DNA of 33,350 nt from Bigelowiella natans CCMP2755 (GCA_000320545.1 ADNK01002642.1:1-33350), one strand, 5' to 3'. Positions 11,020-23,489 are shown, counted from the first letter of the stretch. A program made the numbers and translations. The notes: generated by a model not told the origin, from the sequence alone.

Positions 11020-12225
11020 TTGCTTCTATTGATAGCTTTCAAAACCGAAAGAAGGGCGAAACGGGTTGAGCGTGCAACGGGGGACGACGTTCTTGATAGC
11101 AGGAACGATACAGAAATGAAGGATCTAGGGTCCAAAGATGGGTTGTCTTTCCCAAAGCTCATTTCAATCGAAGAGAAGGCCGTCCGGGATTTTTCAGATC
11201 GTAACAAAAAATCTGAAATCCAATTGAACAAACAGGGATGCAGCAATCCTGCAGAAGGCAATGCGTTGCACATTGACAGAATTCCCCATCTGCGGGCCAG
11301 CCGCAAACGACGACTTGTGCAGCCTACAGCTGTGCGAAAACTGCGCCAACGTGGCGTTCTTCTTCTATCAGGTCCACCCCGTGTAAGCTACCACACTGCA
11401 TATGCACCCGTCCTTCGAAAGAAGCTACTCCGGAAACGTAGAGCAGTAGCAGGGGGTGGGACCCCAGCAGCAGAAGTTCCCGCTCCTCCGCAGCCGTCAA
11501 AACCTGTTGCTCCAAAAATTCAAAGTCACAAGCCTACCTCTAAGCCAGATCAGACTTCCACGCAGTCTCTGTCGCAGCAGAAACCCGAAAATCCTCCTAA
11601 TAATACAGAAAAACTATCCCAAACTAAGAATACGAACGCCAAATGCCCTGTTGACCACAAGGTGCACTTTAAGGGATGGATCACAAAGCGTGGAACGATG
11701 ATTATGCGCGCTGTAAATAGACGAAGCTATATTGTTCAACTCCAAAAACCAAATGCGCAACTGGTCGGTTGGGTAGTTGGGGGAAGCGTAGTGCTCCATG
11801 GGACATATGGCAGCAAGAGCCGACCCATGCCCGTCCTCATGAGCTTTCGCTTTGAGGATAAGATGGAGATGGTGTTTTGTGGAGGCCAGCACGTAAAAAT
11901 ATCTAACCAGCTACTGCTTGAAGTGAGCGTCGTTGGCAAGCTGACCAAGATCCGACCGTTCAAGCAGCAGCTGTCCCCGCAGCAGCTACGGATGCAACTC
12001 ATTACGGATGAGGTTACGCGACGTAACATGAGTGTCGAGCGAATCTTACTCAGCATGCAGCCGAAAACCGTCGTGAAGAAAGCAGCGGGGGATGTTGTTG
12101 CTAAGGTGGAAACCGTGACCACTCAGAAGCTAGGAGGCGGGGAAACCGGAAGGAGCAGAAAAGGAAGGAAGGTCTTTTGCCGAGCACCAACCCCTCCAGC
12201 CGATCTTTTGGCAGCCCTGTCGTAG
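11020..12225 (+). CDS. Hypothetical protein on one long exon: basic/Pro-rich N-half and a possible degenerate PH-like beta domain
   Basis: An uninterrupted 1.2 kb frame free of microsatellites, ending TAG at 12223-12225. The true start is uncertain (possible acceptor ...gatag at 11035). VHFKGWITKRG...NRRSYIVQL resembles PH strands 1-2, but weakly. Confidence 0.7.
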   Translation: MLLLIAFKTERRAKRVERATGDDVLDSRNDTEMKDLGSKDGLSFPKLISIEEKAVRDFSDRNKKSEIQLNKQGCSNPAEGNALHIDRIPHLRASRKRRLVQPTAVRKLRQRGVLLLSGPPRVSYHTAYAPVLRKKLLRKRRAVAGGGTPAAEVPAPPQPSKPVAPKIQSHKPTSKPDQTSTQSLSQQKPENPPNNTEKLSQTKNTNAKCPVDHKVHFKGWITKRGTMIMRAVNRRSYIVQLQKPNAQLVGWVVGGSVVLHGTYGSKSRPMPVLMSFRFEDKMEMVFCGGQHVKISNQLLLEVSVVGKLTKIRPFKQQLSPQQLRMQLITDEVTRRNMSVERILLSMQPKTVVKKAAGDVVAKVETVTTQKLGGGETGRSRKGRKVFCRAPTPPADLLAALS

Positions 12226-12239
12226 CAGTGGATATAATA

Positions 12240-13260
12240 AATTATAATCACCGACGTGCTTCATGAATATTGCATAGCAATAGATTGAAGAAAATTATAG
12301 CCGATCTTATCATATAGAAACATGACTGGAAACAGAACCGTCCGTACTGCTTGTTCAAGCAACCTTTAGGCAAGCTGAGATATAGCGTGTCAGCATGTTA
12401 CCACGTGGGCCATAGTCACTGCCTTCGTTTTTTTTTATGTATAAATTCTACAGCATTGCACGTAAATAGCACGTCTAGACGTATGCACATGTAATCAGTG
12501 CCATCATTGATAACTAATGACGGAAGCCGCACATGTATTAGTGCCATTATTGATGATGACGGGAGCAGCAAAGCGCAGTTAAACCTAAAAATTTTAGCTC
12601 TGTACATGCTGTCATGGCAGCTTTGGATTTGCTTTTGCTACTAGCTTGTCGATCGTGCTAGCGTGGGATGCATTGCTAGATTGCTAGCTCTGACTCTAGC
12701 TAGAGCTAGATAGCTTGTCTAGTGCAACAGTGCATGGTTGCCTTGTCCTAATCTGCGACCTCAGTACGTTCAAATCAGACCGCAGGTCATTATTGTCTAT
12801 GAAATGAACGAATGAAACATAGAAATGGTCTAGTAGTGCATGAGGTAGCAAATGTTGACCAAACAAGCCTAGTACTAATTGCTAAATGCTGGCGTAGTGA
12901 CGTTAAGACGTCGTCCTAGCTAGGCTAGCTAGCGTTGCCGTGCTAGCGCGTGTGGTGACACTGCTAGACTTGCTAGCTTGTCACAGCCACACACAACGTG
13001 CACTCATGCACTGTCTGGGACATTTATATACATTCTAGCATTTGATGTCAGATGCACATGCCTAGATCGCAAAGATGCGATGTGCATATGGCTAGATGGA
13101 TGTGACGCGTCTAGGCGTGCGATGCTGATGAATTCTAGAACTGCTAGACTGCCTAGAATCTAGCAATGGCGGCTACTACACCAAATTACACACATTGCAA
13201 TTCCATGCATAGTTTTGACAAATGGGATGTACTTGCGATGTGCATTAATAAAATGACGCC
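12240..13260. other. Palindrome-rich tail-to-tail intergenic tract 2 (CTAG-dense)
   Basis: I counted 25 CTAG by hand in 12641-13163, along with many TGCA/CATG. Confidence 0.85.
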
Positions 13261-13272
13261 GGAGGCTGGCTG

Positions 13273-13800
13273 CTACTGCTTCAAGCTTGCGCCATCACCA
13301 GGTTTTGATACTTCCCTATGTCTGTCTTTGTCGCTGTCGTCTACTTCTTTGCTATGTGCTTCTTCCTTCTGCTTTGCACCCTCCTCTTGCAAAGCAGCCA
13401 AAACCACGTTGCTGCCTAGCTCTGCAAGACCGGGGAATGTGCTCTCACAATTCCCAGCAAACATTAACGATTTCGGTCGATATCTCCATAGAAATCTTCT
13501 CAAGTGCACGCCGAAGGCTTTGACTTTCTCCGGCGTCACATCCCACATGACGATAGCAGGTCGTGAGCTCCTAATATAAATCAGCAAAGTGAACTACTAC
13601 TTCCTCGTGAATGTCTCCCCCCTACAACCTCCATGCGGATTCTTGTTGCTGGCTTGGTCAATGTGCATTATGGGGTATTTTGTAGCTATTTTCATAACCT
13701 ATTCTTTGGACGGTATATCTTGACATCGCTACCCTAACAGCAGTGACGATAAAGGTAATTTCTTCAAACAGAAACATGTAGGCGCATACACACAGGCACG

Positions 13801-13840
<40 letters not shown>

Positions 13841-15328
13841 ATATACAAGCATATACTCGATTGTATCTAGACCCAGAAATATTTCGCTCAATAATTTGTC
13901 CTGGTAGGATTTGATATTCGTAGAAATAACAATATGTATGCACACCATACGTACAGTCTCTCCCACCTCTGGCTTCTTCATTTGCAAGGCCGCTAGCCTC
14001 CCATTAATGAAGATATTGCATGTCATCATGGTACCAGCACCTTTTCATACAATTGTTAGACTTATTGTTGGCATAATCTTCTTCCATAGAACGAGAATAG
14101 CGCATAAGAAGAACACACACGTGTACGATTTCATACAACTACATATACCACATGCCATTCGTGCACTGAATACATAAGAAAGTTCCAGAGAGGACCTGTG
14201 CCCTCTTTCGAGGTCAAGAACGCTGCCATTGCATCTGAGCTGTGTTTCATTTACTATAACGGACGCAGGAGCAAACACCAGTATAATTTACAGTTCATTC
14301 CATCATTTCTCAAAATTAACTCCAAAGGGAGGTTATCGGCGGGCTTTTAAAAGCACCATCGCAAAGGCGAAGTCGCATCTCTTTATTGATTTTCTAAGTG
14401 CGCGTGTGAGAATCTACATAGCAGCGTTCGCCTTGTTCCTCCATTTAAATCCACCTGAAAGTTCCCACATGATTAAGTTATGACGTTTATGTACATGATG
14501 TATTTATAATAGTTTTCATATTATCAACTTCGTGACAAGAACACCTTCCCCTTCGATTAGGCCATGCTTTTTGCCTATTTCAGACCCCTTTCCATCCTCC
14601 CGCTTCCAGCCGCGTGGCATGTATCCTTTGATTTCGATGCCAAACGACTTGTACGGAAACACCAATGGAATGGTGTCGCCTCCTATCTGCCCTGTATCAC
14701 ATGTAAATAACCCATAAAAACCATGAGCATTGTATGATACTCGAAATACAATGCTGTCATGTGTTGCCAACCTCCTGTGACGAAATACTTTGGAACATGC
14801 CTTTTGGCGCGCTTAGGGGCATGTCTTTTCGAGCGGCGGGATGCTTTAGTCTCCTATTTTGAACGATTACTACGTAAGGGAGGCATGGGGGAATCTGCGA
14901 AAGGCAAACGTAACCTCCTTCAAGGCGTTCATTCTGTTCGATTTCCGAGACCTTTCTCATCCCGAAACATTGAGCTTTTATCTGACTTGTAAGCTAGTTG
15001 CGACATGGACCATGGATTGTCGCAGGATACGAATCGTATCATATTTCGGAATGATTCCAGTGGTGAATTCCCTGGCAAAATTAAACTCGAGAGACTCTCT
15101 GGGATTTAGGATATGTCCAACACATCATCTGTTTCCGTTGCTCCAGCCACACACATTCGGAGGAAAAGCTCGCACTCCTCCATCTCACCTCCTGACAATC
15201 TCGGAGAATTTCGTGGTACACATCGTTTCTACAGGTAGTTCTACAGGCCTGTACAGGTATAGGTCTAGATTTCGGGCGTAGGATACTTGAAGAAAAACTC
15301 CGATTTTAGAAGTGGGCATTTCATCCAT
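13273..15328 (-). CDS. SLOG-superfamily protein (cpYpsA / 'putative molybdenum carrier'-like), about 10 exons
   Basis: Phase-consistent GT-AG exons 14853-14772, 14691-14545, 14454-14418, 14239-14196, 14040-13967, 13900-13847, 13733-13699 and 13570-13273 give ...KYFVTGGQIGGDTIPL...GIEIKGYMPRGWKREDG...KHGLIEGEGGFKWRNKANAAISDAMAAF...GAGTMMT...RPAIVMWDV...LRRFLWRYRPKSLMFAGNCESTFPGLAE. This matches the family pattern as I recall it (ISGGQTGADRAAL / GG.CPKG...EDG / RT..NV.DSD / GGT..T / LNVAGPRES..PGI) in the correct order. Two or three further 5' exons lie up to 15328 (alternative ATG near 15382). Confidence 0.8.
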
Positions 15329-15696
15329 CTGCTCATCCCAACAAGCAACATTTTTTCCTCGAAGTATATATATTTTAAGCATCCAGTATCGCACAGCACG
15401 AAAGCTACGGTAGTCAAGAACTAATCATCGGAGTTTTGTACTTGGCGACAAGTGAAAAGCCAGTTACATTTTGGCGAATCCCCTTTCCAATTCGACCAAA
15501 GTCTGGATTGAGAGGCAACAGTACTCGAACCGTGGATTCTAATATTCGCACCGAATTCTCATTGTCGCTATTGAGAATTGCGATCCATTTTCTTAATTCG
15601 AGTCATGTCTTCATGTGACGTGCTCTTCTCATCTTCTTCACCTGTCGCCTCCATCTCCCTCCGGCGAGAGCCGCGCCAGTGGAGACAACCCTCCCC

Positions 15697-17116
15697 ATGA
15701 CCCCTAAGTATGGCTATCCACAAGGTGCAAAGGCCGAGGAACCTTCAAAATTGCCGTTAGAATCCGTCCAGGGAAAGATACCACAAGCCCATGCTTACCG
15801 AGCCTCCAATGTTTCATCCCGCGCTGGCAATCGCCAGGCGGGAGAACTTTCTATTCCATCGTCAAAGGCTGCTTTCCATGATGTTGGGTTTGCACAGCAT
15901 GGTCGTCCGCACACCTACCTGCCGCCTCGCTTTCAACCTTCCAACCCTAATGCCCCTCCTCGCCCCCCGCCTCCGCAAGCACCGCTCTATCCTTCCTATA
16001 GCAATCGTGTACATCCTTATGAGTCACCACGAGCGTACAATAGAGAGCGGTTAAGTGATTATAAAGCCCCAATCTCTAGTCCTTACAATATACTTGGAAG
16101 AGGGTATAATCGAGATTCACGGGCATTCCAAGCAGCTCTTCCTACATACCCGGCTCAAAGCAACATTTCTTCTCAGCAGCAGTACTCATCCACTAGTTAT
16201 CCCGCTGCTGCTGTTCGAAATATGTACCCCTCCCCCAATGTACAGCAGCAGCATTCGCAGCAACGTGTTTTTATGAAAAACTACGAGCAGGGAGGCAGCG
16301 GGGCTCAGCTCCCGAAAAATTCTAATCTCAACTCTCAAAGGACGCCATCTGCCCCAATGATGTATACGTACATCAGTTACGATCCAGGTGTGGTGTGGTG
16401 GGGAGAGGGGGGGGGGGGGGGAGGTGTTCGACGATACTTTATGCTTCCTTGCTAAAGAGAATAGTTTTATGCATATAATTTTTGTACCAACTCATCCGGA
16501 CGATTTTTGAGATCACAGTCATGTTTTGAAGTGAATGGAAGAAGCAAGGGGGGAGGGGGGGGTGACGGGTATGAAGTATAAATCTACGTGCATTCTTGAT
16601 GGGCAACGCTTTGTAATCAGGATCTTACTATGTATCCCCCGGATACTATAACAGAGGAAAAGGTAGTCGATTAACGCATAGTAGCCAAGCGGAGGCGATT
16701 CCAATTGGTTTGTAGTTGTAACAGTACGACCCCTATTGCCTTTGTTATTGCATTCACGTAGTGGTCCCCTCGTACCCCCTCCGCTCCTCCGACTTTCGGG
16801 TGCCGGATATCGGATCCATCGAGCGGCCTGCACCTATCCCCCCCCCCGTTGAGCTGCCGAAAGGCTCGCAGAGACTCACGAAGAAGACCAAGTTCCGGGG
16901 CGCCGTGCAGCACGCAGATACGATATGGATAATGAACCCGGAGACAGGTGGGGAGAGCTGCGTCATTCATTGCCGCTATTTTGCGCGTTGACGCTGTCAT
17001 CTGACGAGAGATATACGAGCCAGATGTAACACACAGAGCGTTTCGATGACTGCTGCAAATTATGAAAATGCTTGAAAACTCTCCCTCCCTCCGCCGTCCG
17101 CCGTCCCCCGCCCCCC

Positions 17117-17161
<45 letters not shown>

Positions 17162-17912
17162 CTTTCTCTCTTTCTCTCTGACTCACCCACTCATTGCTCT
17201 GCTGCTGTAAACAGGCCGGAAGAACCTCCGGTATAGGTGCACTTTCTGCCAGACCACGATGCGAACACGGTCAAGCATAATCGAGCACATTCGCACGCAC
17301 ACGGGGGAAGAACCTTACGTCTGCAACGTGTGCGGCACACGATTTAAGCAAAAGAGCAACTTCCGTCGCCACTGCGCCACCCATGACGATAAGAAGGCCA
17401 GGTGTTGGAACGCAACGGCGAGCATGAGCAGGAAGGACGATGACGGTGGTGGTGGTGGTGGTGGTGATAACGGTGATGATGACGCGAGATCCAAAGATGA
17501 AAAGAAGGTAGAAACAGCGTCGGCGGCGAAATCCGACGCCATAACTGAGGATAGAAGGAGTACTGCCGGGGGGGGGGGGGGCGAAGAGGTCAAACTAGAT
17601 GGCAAACCAAGCATAGCAGTGGAAGCCTCAAATGGCCTTCATAACGGTAAGAGCGCTCTCTCGTCGCACGGCATCGTCCCTGCTGCTGCCACCGCGTCTG
17701 CACCGGCAATAGTGCAGGTTTCGCCTCACTCCCGTGCTAAATTTGAAGACAAGAATGCGGCCGTTGTGGCCTCGGTCGCACCAAAGGAGGAAATAACAAG
17801 AACGGAGGCATTATCATCATCACCGGATTGCAATAATAGTAGCGATGTAGTAGTAGAGGGGGGAGGGGGGCAACGAGGAACTAAGCGGTCCAAAGACGAA
17901 GCTGGCTTGTAG
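15697..17912 (+). CDS. C2H2 zinc-finger transcription factor (two tandem fingers, long P/Q/S/Y-rich N-terminus)
   Basis: Exons 15697-16387, 16621-16662, 16762-16947 and 17215-17912 are all phase-compatible GT-AG. Fingers CTFCQTTMRTRSSIIEHIRTH and CNVCGTRFKQKSNFRRHCATH are joined by the Kruppel-type linker TGEEPY. Confidence 0.92.
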
Positions 17913-17949
17913 TTGTACGGTTGTGAGCTCGTGGTCGCAATGATTAAGT

Positions 17950-18028
17950 AGTGCACTGATGCCACCGCGGTTGATGACGAGAATGTAATATATAGCTCAT
18001 CGTCATTCACATATACAGCAGGTGCTAT

Positions 18029-18100
<72 letters not shown>

Positions 18101-18670
18101 GTGTGGCACATTCCGTACTTGGAAATGACGTATAGCGCTCATGATGCATGATGATGACGATGCAAGACGTACACAACCTCAAACGCATGCATGAAGAAGC
18201 ACGTACATGACAATGTGTAAATCATCAAACCAGATACAACATCAGCGCTGTGCATGCATCGCATGCTAGCACGGCCGCGCTGCTTTATAGCTAGCTTTGC
18301 ATATAGCTACGTGTTATTAGGATGACCGTTTGATTACACCCGTCTAGCCGTCTCATGCGGTACTAGCGTACACATGCACATTTAAATGGATGTGTTCCAT
18401 GCTACAAGTAGCATGCTACTAGATCTAGAGGTTAGACTGCTGTGCATGGACAGCGCTGTTATACTGTAGCCGCTGCATTACTGCATTGCACAGCTACGCT
18501 ACATGCAAGCATGCTAATAACATGAGCATTACCATTGAATCGAACAAATATGCTTATACTAATTTAATTCATTACATCCGTCTTACACATCTTAGACATG
18601 CATGCGAATGATGTGTTTAAAAATTCAATTTTCATATTTTGACGCATCCATAAATTTTATAGTTGAATAT
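17950..18670. other. Palindrome-rich tail-to-tail intergenic tract 3
   Basis: Dense GCATGC/TGCA/CTAG/GTAC at about 18100-18660 between the convergent zinc-finger and K+ channel genes. Confidence 0.75.
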
Positions 18671-18733
18671 TGAATGCGCACGCGCGGACGGCTAGACGGG
18701 CATACCCGGCCGCACACACACACACACACACAT

Positions 18734-18780
<47 letters not shown>

Positions 18781-18794
18781 GCTCACCACCGTCA

Positions 18795-19169
18795 TCATAA
18801 AGAAACCACACACGGCGAAAAGTTTACGCTGGAACTCCATCCCTCGTTCTTGGCTGTTTTGCCACTGCCACCGCTATCGGCGGCCTGTGTTGGCGCGGGT
18901 TTGCTTTTTCCTTCGCTCTCATCATTGTCATTGTTCGTCCACCTGCTTCGAGATTTCTCGGTGCCTGCTTTGCGCCTCATCATTCCCAATCCTCCTAAGC
19001 CTATGATCGCGGAGGACCCCGCTGCGGTGGCAGCCATTGTCGTTGCGCTCGTTGGGGAGCGCTCTCGGGGGGCAATCGATTCCAGAATGTTTGCGGAAGA
19101 GAAGCGAGTTGCGAGGCGGATTTGAGACGTGGTCAAGTCTGATTTGATTTATGCATTGTGTACATATTT

Positions 19170-19200
<31 letters not shown>

Positions 19201-20079
19201 TATGTTATCTGTTAATTATCATTAAATAAAACGGCAAATCTTTGACACTGCATACACCAAACAATGGTTCTTTAGTGGACGCTTGTTTTATCGGGCTAAC
19301 TTCTTACGTTCGCTGCGTCTGATGTTCATTCTCTCTTCAAATATGGCTATTCCGTGCTTCCCTATGCCTAATTATCAATATCAATATCAATATCAATATA
19401 TATATATATATATAATATACATAGTATGAAATAAATACAATATTATACGCGTCTCATGCATGCATACGTGTGTGCGCGCGCGAGCGCTGTAATCTTAACA
19501 CGATGAGAATATGTACGTTTCCGGCCGCTGCTGCTACTACCTGTGTACTGAATGAGTAGCCGCAAGATCTTGCTGATAATTTGCTCGATGACCTTAATTA
19601 TTTTCATCAAAGAATGTGAATCTCGCTCAAAGCTCGTTCCACCCCCTCCCTCCCCCCCCCCCTAAATTTCTCGGTTGTTGCAATTGGAAATAGGACGGAA
19701 GCTCTCAAGAATCAATACACCTTTTGGAAGATTTGGAAGGTGCCTGTCATCGAGCCCATGAAGAACAAGCTATATCTGAACCCACCGACACACATATATA
19801 GTAAGTCTCAACACTCCTTCTCTCTCTGCTCTCTCTCCTTCCCATCCACTCTCTCTCCCTCTCCCCCCCCCCCCCCCACATTTCTCCCCTTTCTCTTTTG
19901 ATGTCGGAACACGAGAGTGCGGTCGGTGCGTACATGCAACAAGCGATTTGCGCCTGGGACGTCTCGGGGACCAAATCGCCGAAGCCAATCTGATGTATAT
20001 CAGAATATATATTATTCCTTGCAATTAAATACAAATGTCATTATAACCTATGCAAATTATAGGAGTATCCTGTCTCTCT

Positions 20080-20122
<43 letters not shown>

Positions 20123-20269
20123 TGTGTGTGTGTGTGTGTGTGAAAGTGCGCGCGCGCGCATGATTTGGTTTAATCACCGTCGATAACGTGATGAAGCTAA
20201 AATACATGCATTCTTGCTGCGACCACCCTTCCGAATACTGGTACACGAAACCTGGATGTATATGTTGGG

Positions 20270-20325
<56 letters not shown>

Positions 20326-20736
20326 CACAACATCTTAACATTCAAATATGCATATCATTTAAGCAGCCCACAGCAATCTTTCAAAGAAACGAGGGCGCAT
20401 GGAAGATACATGTCCTTTCATCAACGGGCAAGTTCCGATGGTCTTACGTTTGTCTTCAACCGGTCATGTACAGCGGGACATGCATGCATCAGCGTGCGCA
20501 GCGTGCATTCCCTCCGAGGAAAATGGCAAAGACGATTAGGGTCGGGAAGACAATCACCCTCGTACCGAAGCACAATGTGAAGAGGACAGTGGTTGGAATA
20601 GCAGCATCTCCACACGCGTGGCTTATGCAAGTCGGTAACAACGCTCAAAAACACTCCCCCGCGCCCAGAATATATATCTGTACGTCTCCCATTTGCGCTG
20701 TCCCCGGCAGCATTTCCGATATGAGAAGGTAAATAC

Positions 20737-20782
<46 letters not shown>

Positions 20783-20797
20783 GCAATGAATGATTAA

Positions 20798-20852
<55 letters not shown>

Positions 20853-20975
20853 GTGTGTGTGTGCGCGCGCGTGCACAGTCAATGTTTTCCCTACAGTTTT
20901 AAATGCTACCCATGATGATCGTATTGAATTTCATGAGGAAGTAGTTGAAAAGAGGGATTCCGAGAAACCTGCATC

Positions 20976-21019
<44 letters not shown>

Positions 21020-21215
21020 CAGGCAAATCAACGTTTGAGACCGCAAAACGAGAAGGAGGAGAACGCCCCCCACCCAGGGGCCCCTTGTAAAATCTCCGGA
21101 GGGGCGGTTGGGGGGGGGGGAGGAAGGAGGTGCAATACTATCCATCTAATTCGTCTATGTACATGCATAGAAATCAGGCGAGTTGTACTCATAATCCCTG
21201 TGAGCTTATGCGTGT

Positions 21216-21262
<47 letters not shown>

Positions 21263-21993
21263 TGAATTTGCGTGGTTTTATTACGCGTAAAAGACGCAGA
21301 ACCCGCGCCCTCCAGATGTCTTCGGAGCTGTTTTCCCATACCTATTTGACGAGTATAATGAATGCATCAGCCCCATGCCAACAACAACAACAACAACGAC
21401 TATTCCCTTACAACGCTGTTTACTTACCCGACCGTGCTAACGATAGTGATGCAGAAGAAGAACGAAGACGCAATATCCCTGAAGGAATGCAGTGCGTAAT
21501 TTCGTCGATGTTTTTTAGACGGACGGGTACGGAGGCAGCATTACACTTCTACTTCTTATGCTGCTGCTGCTTCTACTACTATATATGTGCTACTGCTAAT
21601 TTCCACCGCTACCAGTATCTGTTATCGACTACAGGCTGCACTTCGCCGTAGATCTGAAAGCGTGCATGTTTATGTTTGTGCTTGTGTTTGTGCGTGTGGT
21701 TGCGTGTTGATTGCGTCATAATATGGCGAAATATGCAAGAACTTGAGGCATTTTCCAAAGCTAACGAGTCTGACGACTCAAGCGGGGATACGATGCGCGA
21801 TGCGCTGGTGACTCTGCTCGCCACCCCCCGCGGAGGGAATGTATGTCGTGAACGTATGATGATGAAAAATAACACGGGGAGGCAGGAGCTCTTATGTGCA
21901 ACGGAGAGAACCGTTCGCGCTCCTGCATGTTCCCTGCGGAGAAGTTAAATACGCGAAAACGCACGCATGTGTGCATTCACACACACACGCGCG

Positions 21994-22035
<42 letters not shown>

Positions 22036-22480
22036 CACCTGTGCGCACTGAGGACCTACGGTCTTGTTGATGAGGTCATACTGAGCACGCGAATAGTGTC
22101 GCCGAGCACAGCAACAAATGCGATAAGTTCAGCAGAAAAAGAAGATGAAGAAGAAGAAGAAGAAGAAGAAGAAGAAGAACGCAAAAACCCCGTCCCAGAT
22201 TCCGAGCTGCAGTTTTCTTCCATTACAATCCCCCTCTCTTTCCATTGCGCGTGCGCGCGCGTTGGTGTTTTGTGCACGTCGCTGAGGACAACCCTATTTT
22301 GCCGGTGTTGGAACCGATCTCTCTCTGCTTGCCTCTCGTACGACACGAAGGCTGCAGTACCCACGACGAGGTAGACGAATAGGAAGAGGAATGCGATCGT
22401 GACTTTTGTGCAAGCTCCAGCACCTAAGCGATCATGGATGATGCGGTTTTTTCAATGCTCGTGATGAACACACAAACACA

Positions 22481-22514
<34 letters not shown>

Positions 22515-23290
22515 ATACAAACATATATATATATATATATATATTTATTTATTTATATTGTATAATATATTCATATGTACATATTTTCATATATTAATAC
22601 ATACAGATTGACTCGGTCGCTCCCCCCCCCCCCCCCCCCCTCCCCCTCGTCGTCGTTGCAGCGCATACTAATCGATGGATCATTCAGCAAAGAGTCGAGT
22701 TTCTGGAGCTCCTGGGACATGTCCTCTCTGCGATATCATCATTGCACAATCATCATTATCATCATCATCATCGTCGCCATCGTCCTCGTCTCTATTTACG
22801 TGCCGCTATTCGTGTGGCATGATAGAATCCCTTTGACACACATCGTTTGTGGAAACCGAACAAAATCATAGCGAATAACACGGGGGAGGGGCTAGCCAAA
22901 AAACCGTGGAAGAAGACAGTACAGGTGACACGAAAAATAATTACACGATCGCCTCTCGACGCTCCTCTTCGCTCAGCTGGATTATTGAGGCTTGCTTGGT
23001 GCTCGTTCGGAAGCTGAATGCCGCCCCCCCCTCCCCCTTCTCAGGCGGGCTATTTGCTATCGCTGGGGGAGATAGAGCATCAGTCGAATTCGGCTTATCT
23101 TGGTGTCCAAGTATTTCGTCGCTTCTCCGGTCTGCAGGTTTTCCCGCCTTTGTTCTCTGAATTTCGAATGCATCTAAGGGCACATCGCTCGGCCCTCCAG
23201 TCGCAGAGCCACCGCTATCTAGGCCCCGCTTACGGTCGTATGAGGGGAAGAATGCAGCGTTGTCAACCGACCTTCGCTTGGCCAAAGGCG
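18795..23290 (-). CDS. Two-pore-domain (K2P, 4TM/2P) potassium channel
   Basis: Spliced exons give M1 (22423-22293, FLFLFVYLVVGTAAFVSYERQAE), P1 (21478-21428 + 21341-21285, WDIASSFFFCITIVSTVG|YGKTAPKTSGGRGFCVFYA), M2 (FLGIPLFNYFL), M3/P2 (20251-20178 + 19989-19934, GFVYQYSEGWSQQECMYFSFITLST|IGFGDLVPET) and M4 (YSLFFMGSMTGTFQIF). All of these junctions are GT-AG and in phase. The last exon end and the 5' end are less certain. Confidence 0.93.
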
Positions 23291-23383
23291 TCTGTCGGAG
23301 TATTGGCATTAGACAGGGAATGGCGTGGATCGATAGGGAGGGGCGAGGAGTGTTGTACTTGGAACCGAGGCAATGCATGCATG

Positions 23384-23420
<37 letters not shown>

Positions 23421-23489
23421 ATCGTTATTAACAGCAACCATTCTGTTGGAGATAAATACATGACGAAATGACATCTAGATTGGATTGAC

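Noticed and set aside
15554-15579. 8-bp inverted repeat aattctca-N10-tgagaatt in the divergent gap
   Set aside because: Too short and AT-rich to be significant without conservation data.
16388-17214. Idea that 5' G-runs pair with 3' C-runs to bring splice sites together
   Set aside because: Seen in some introns (for example about 1092-1211) but not consistently; others have G-runs at both ends or C-runs at the 5' end.
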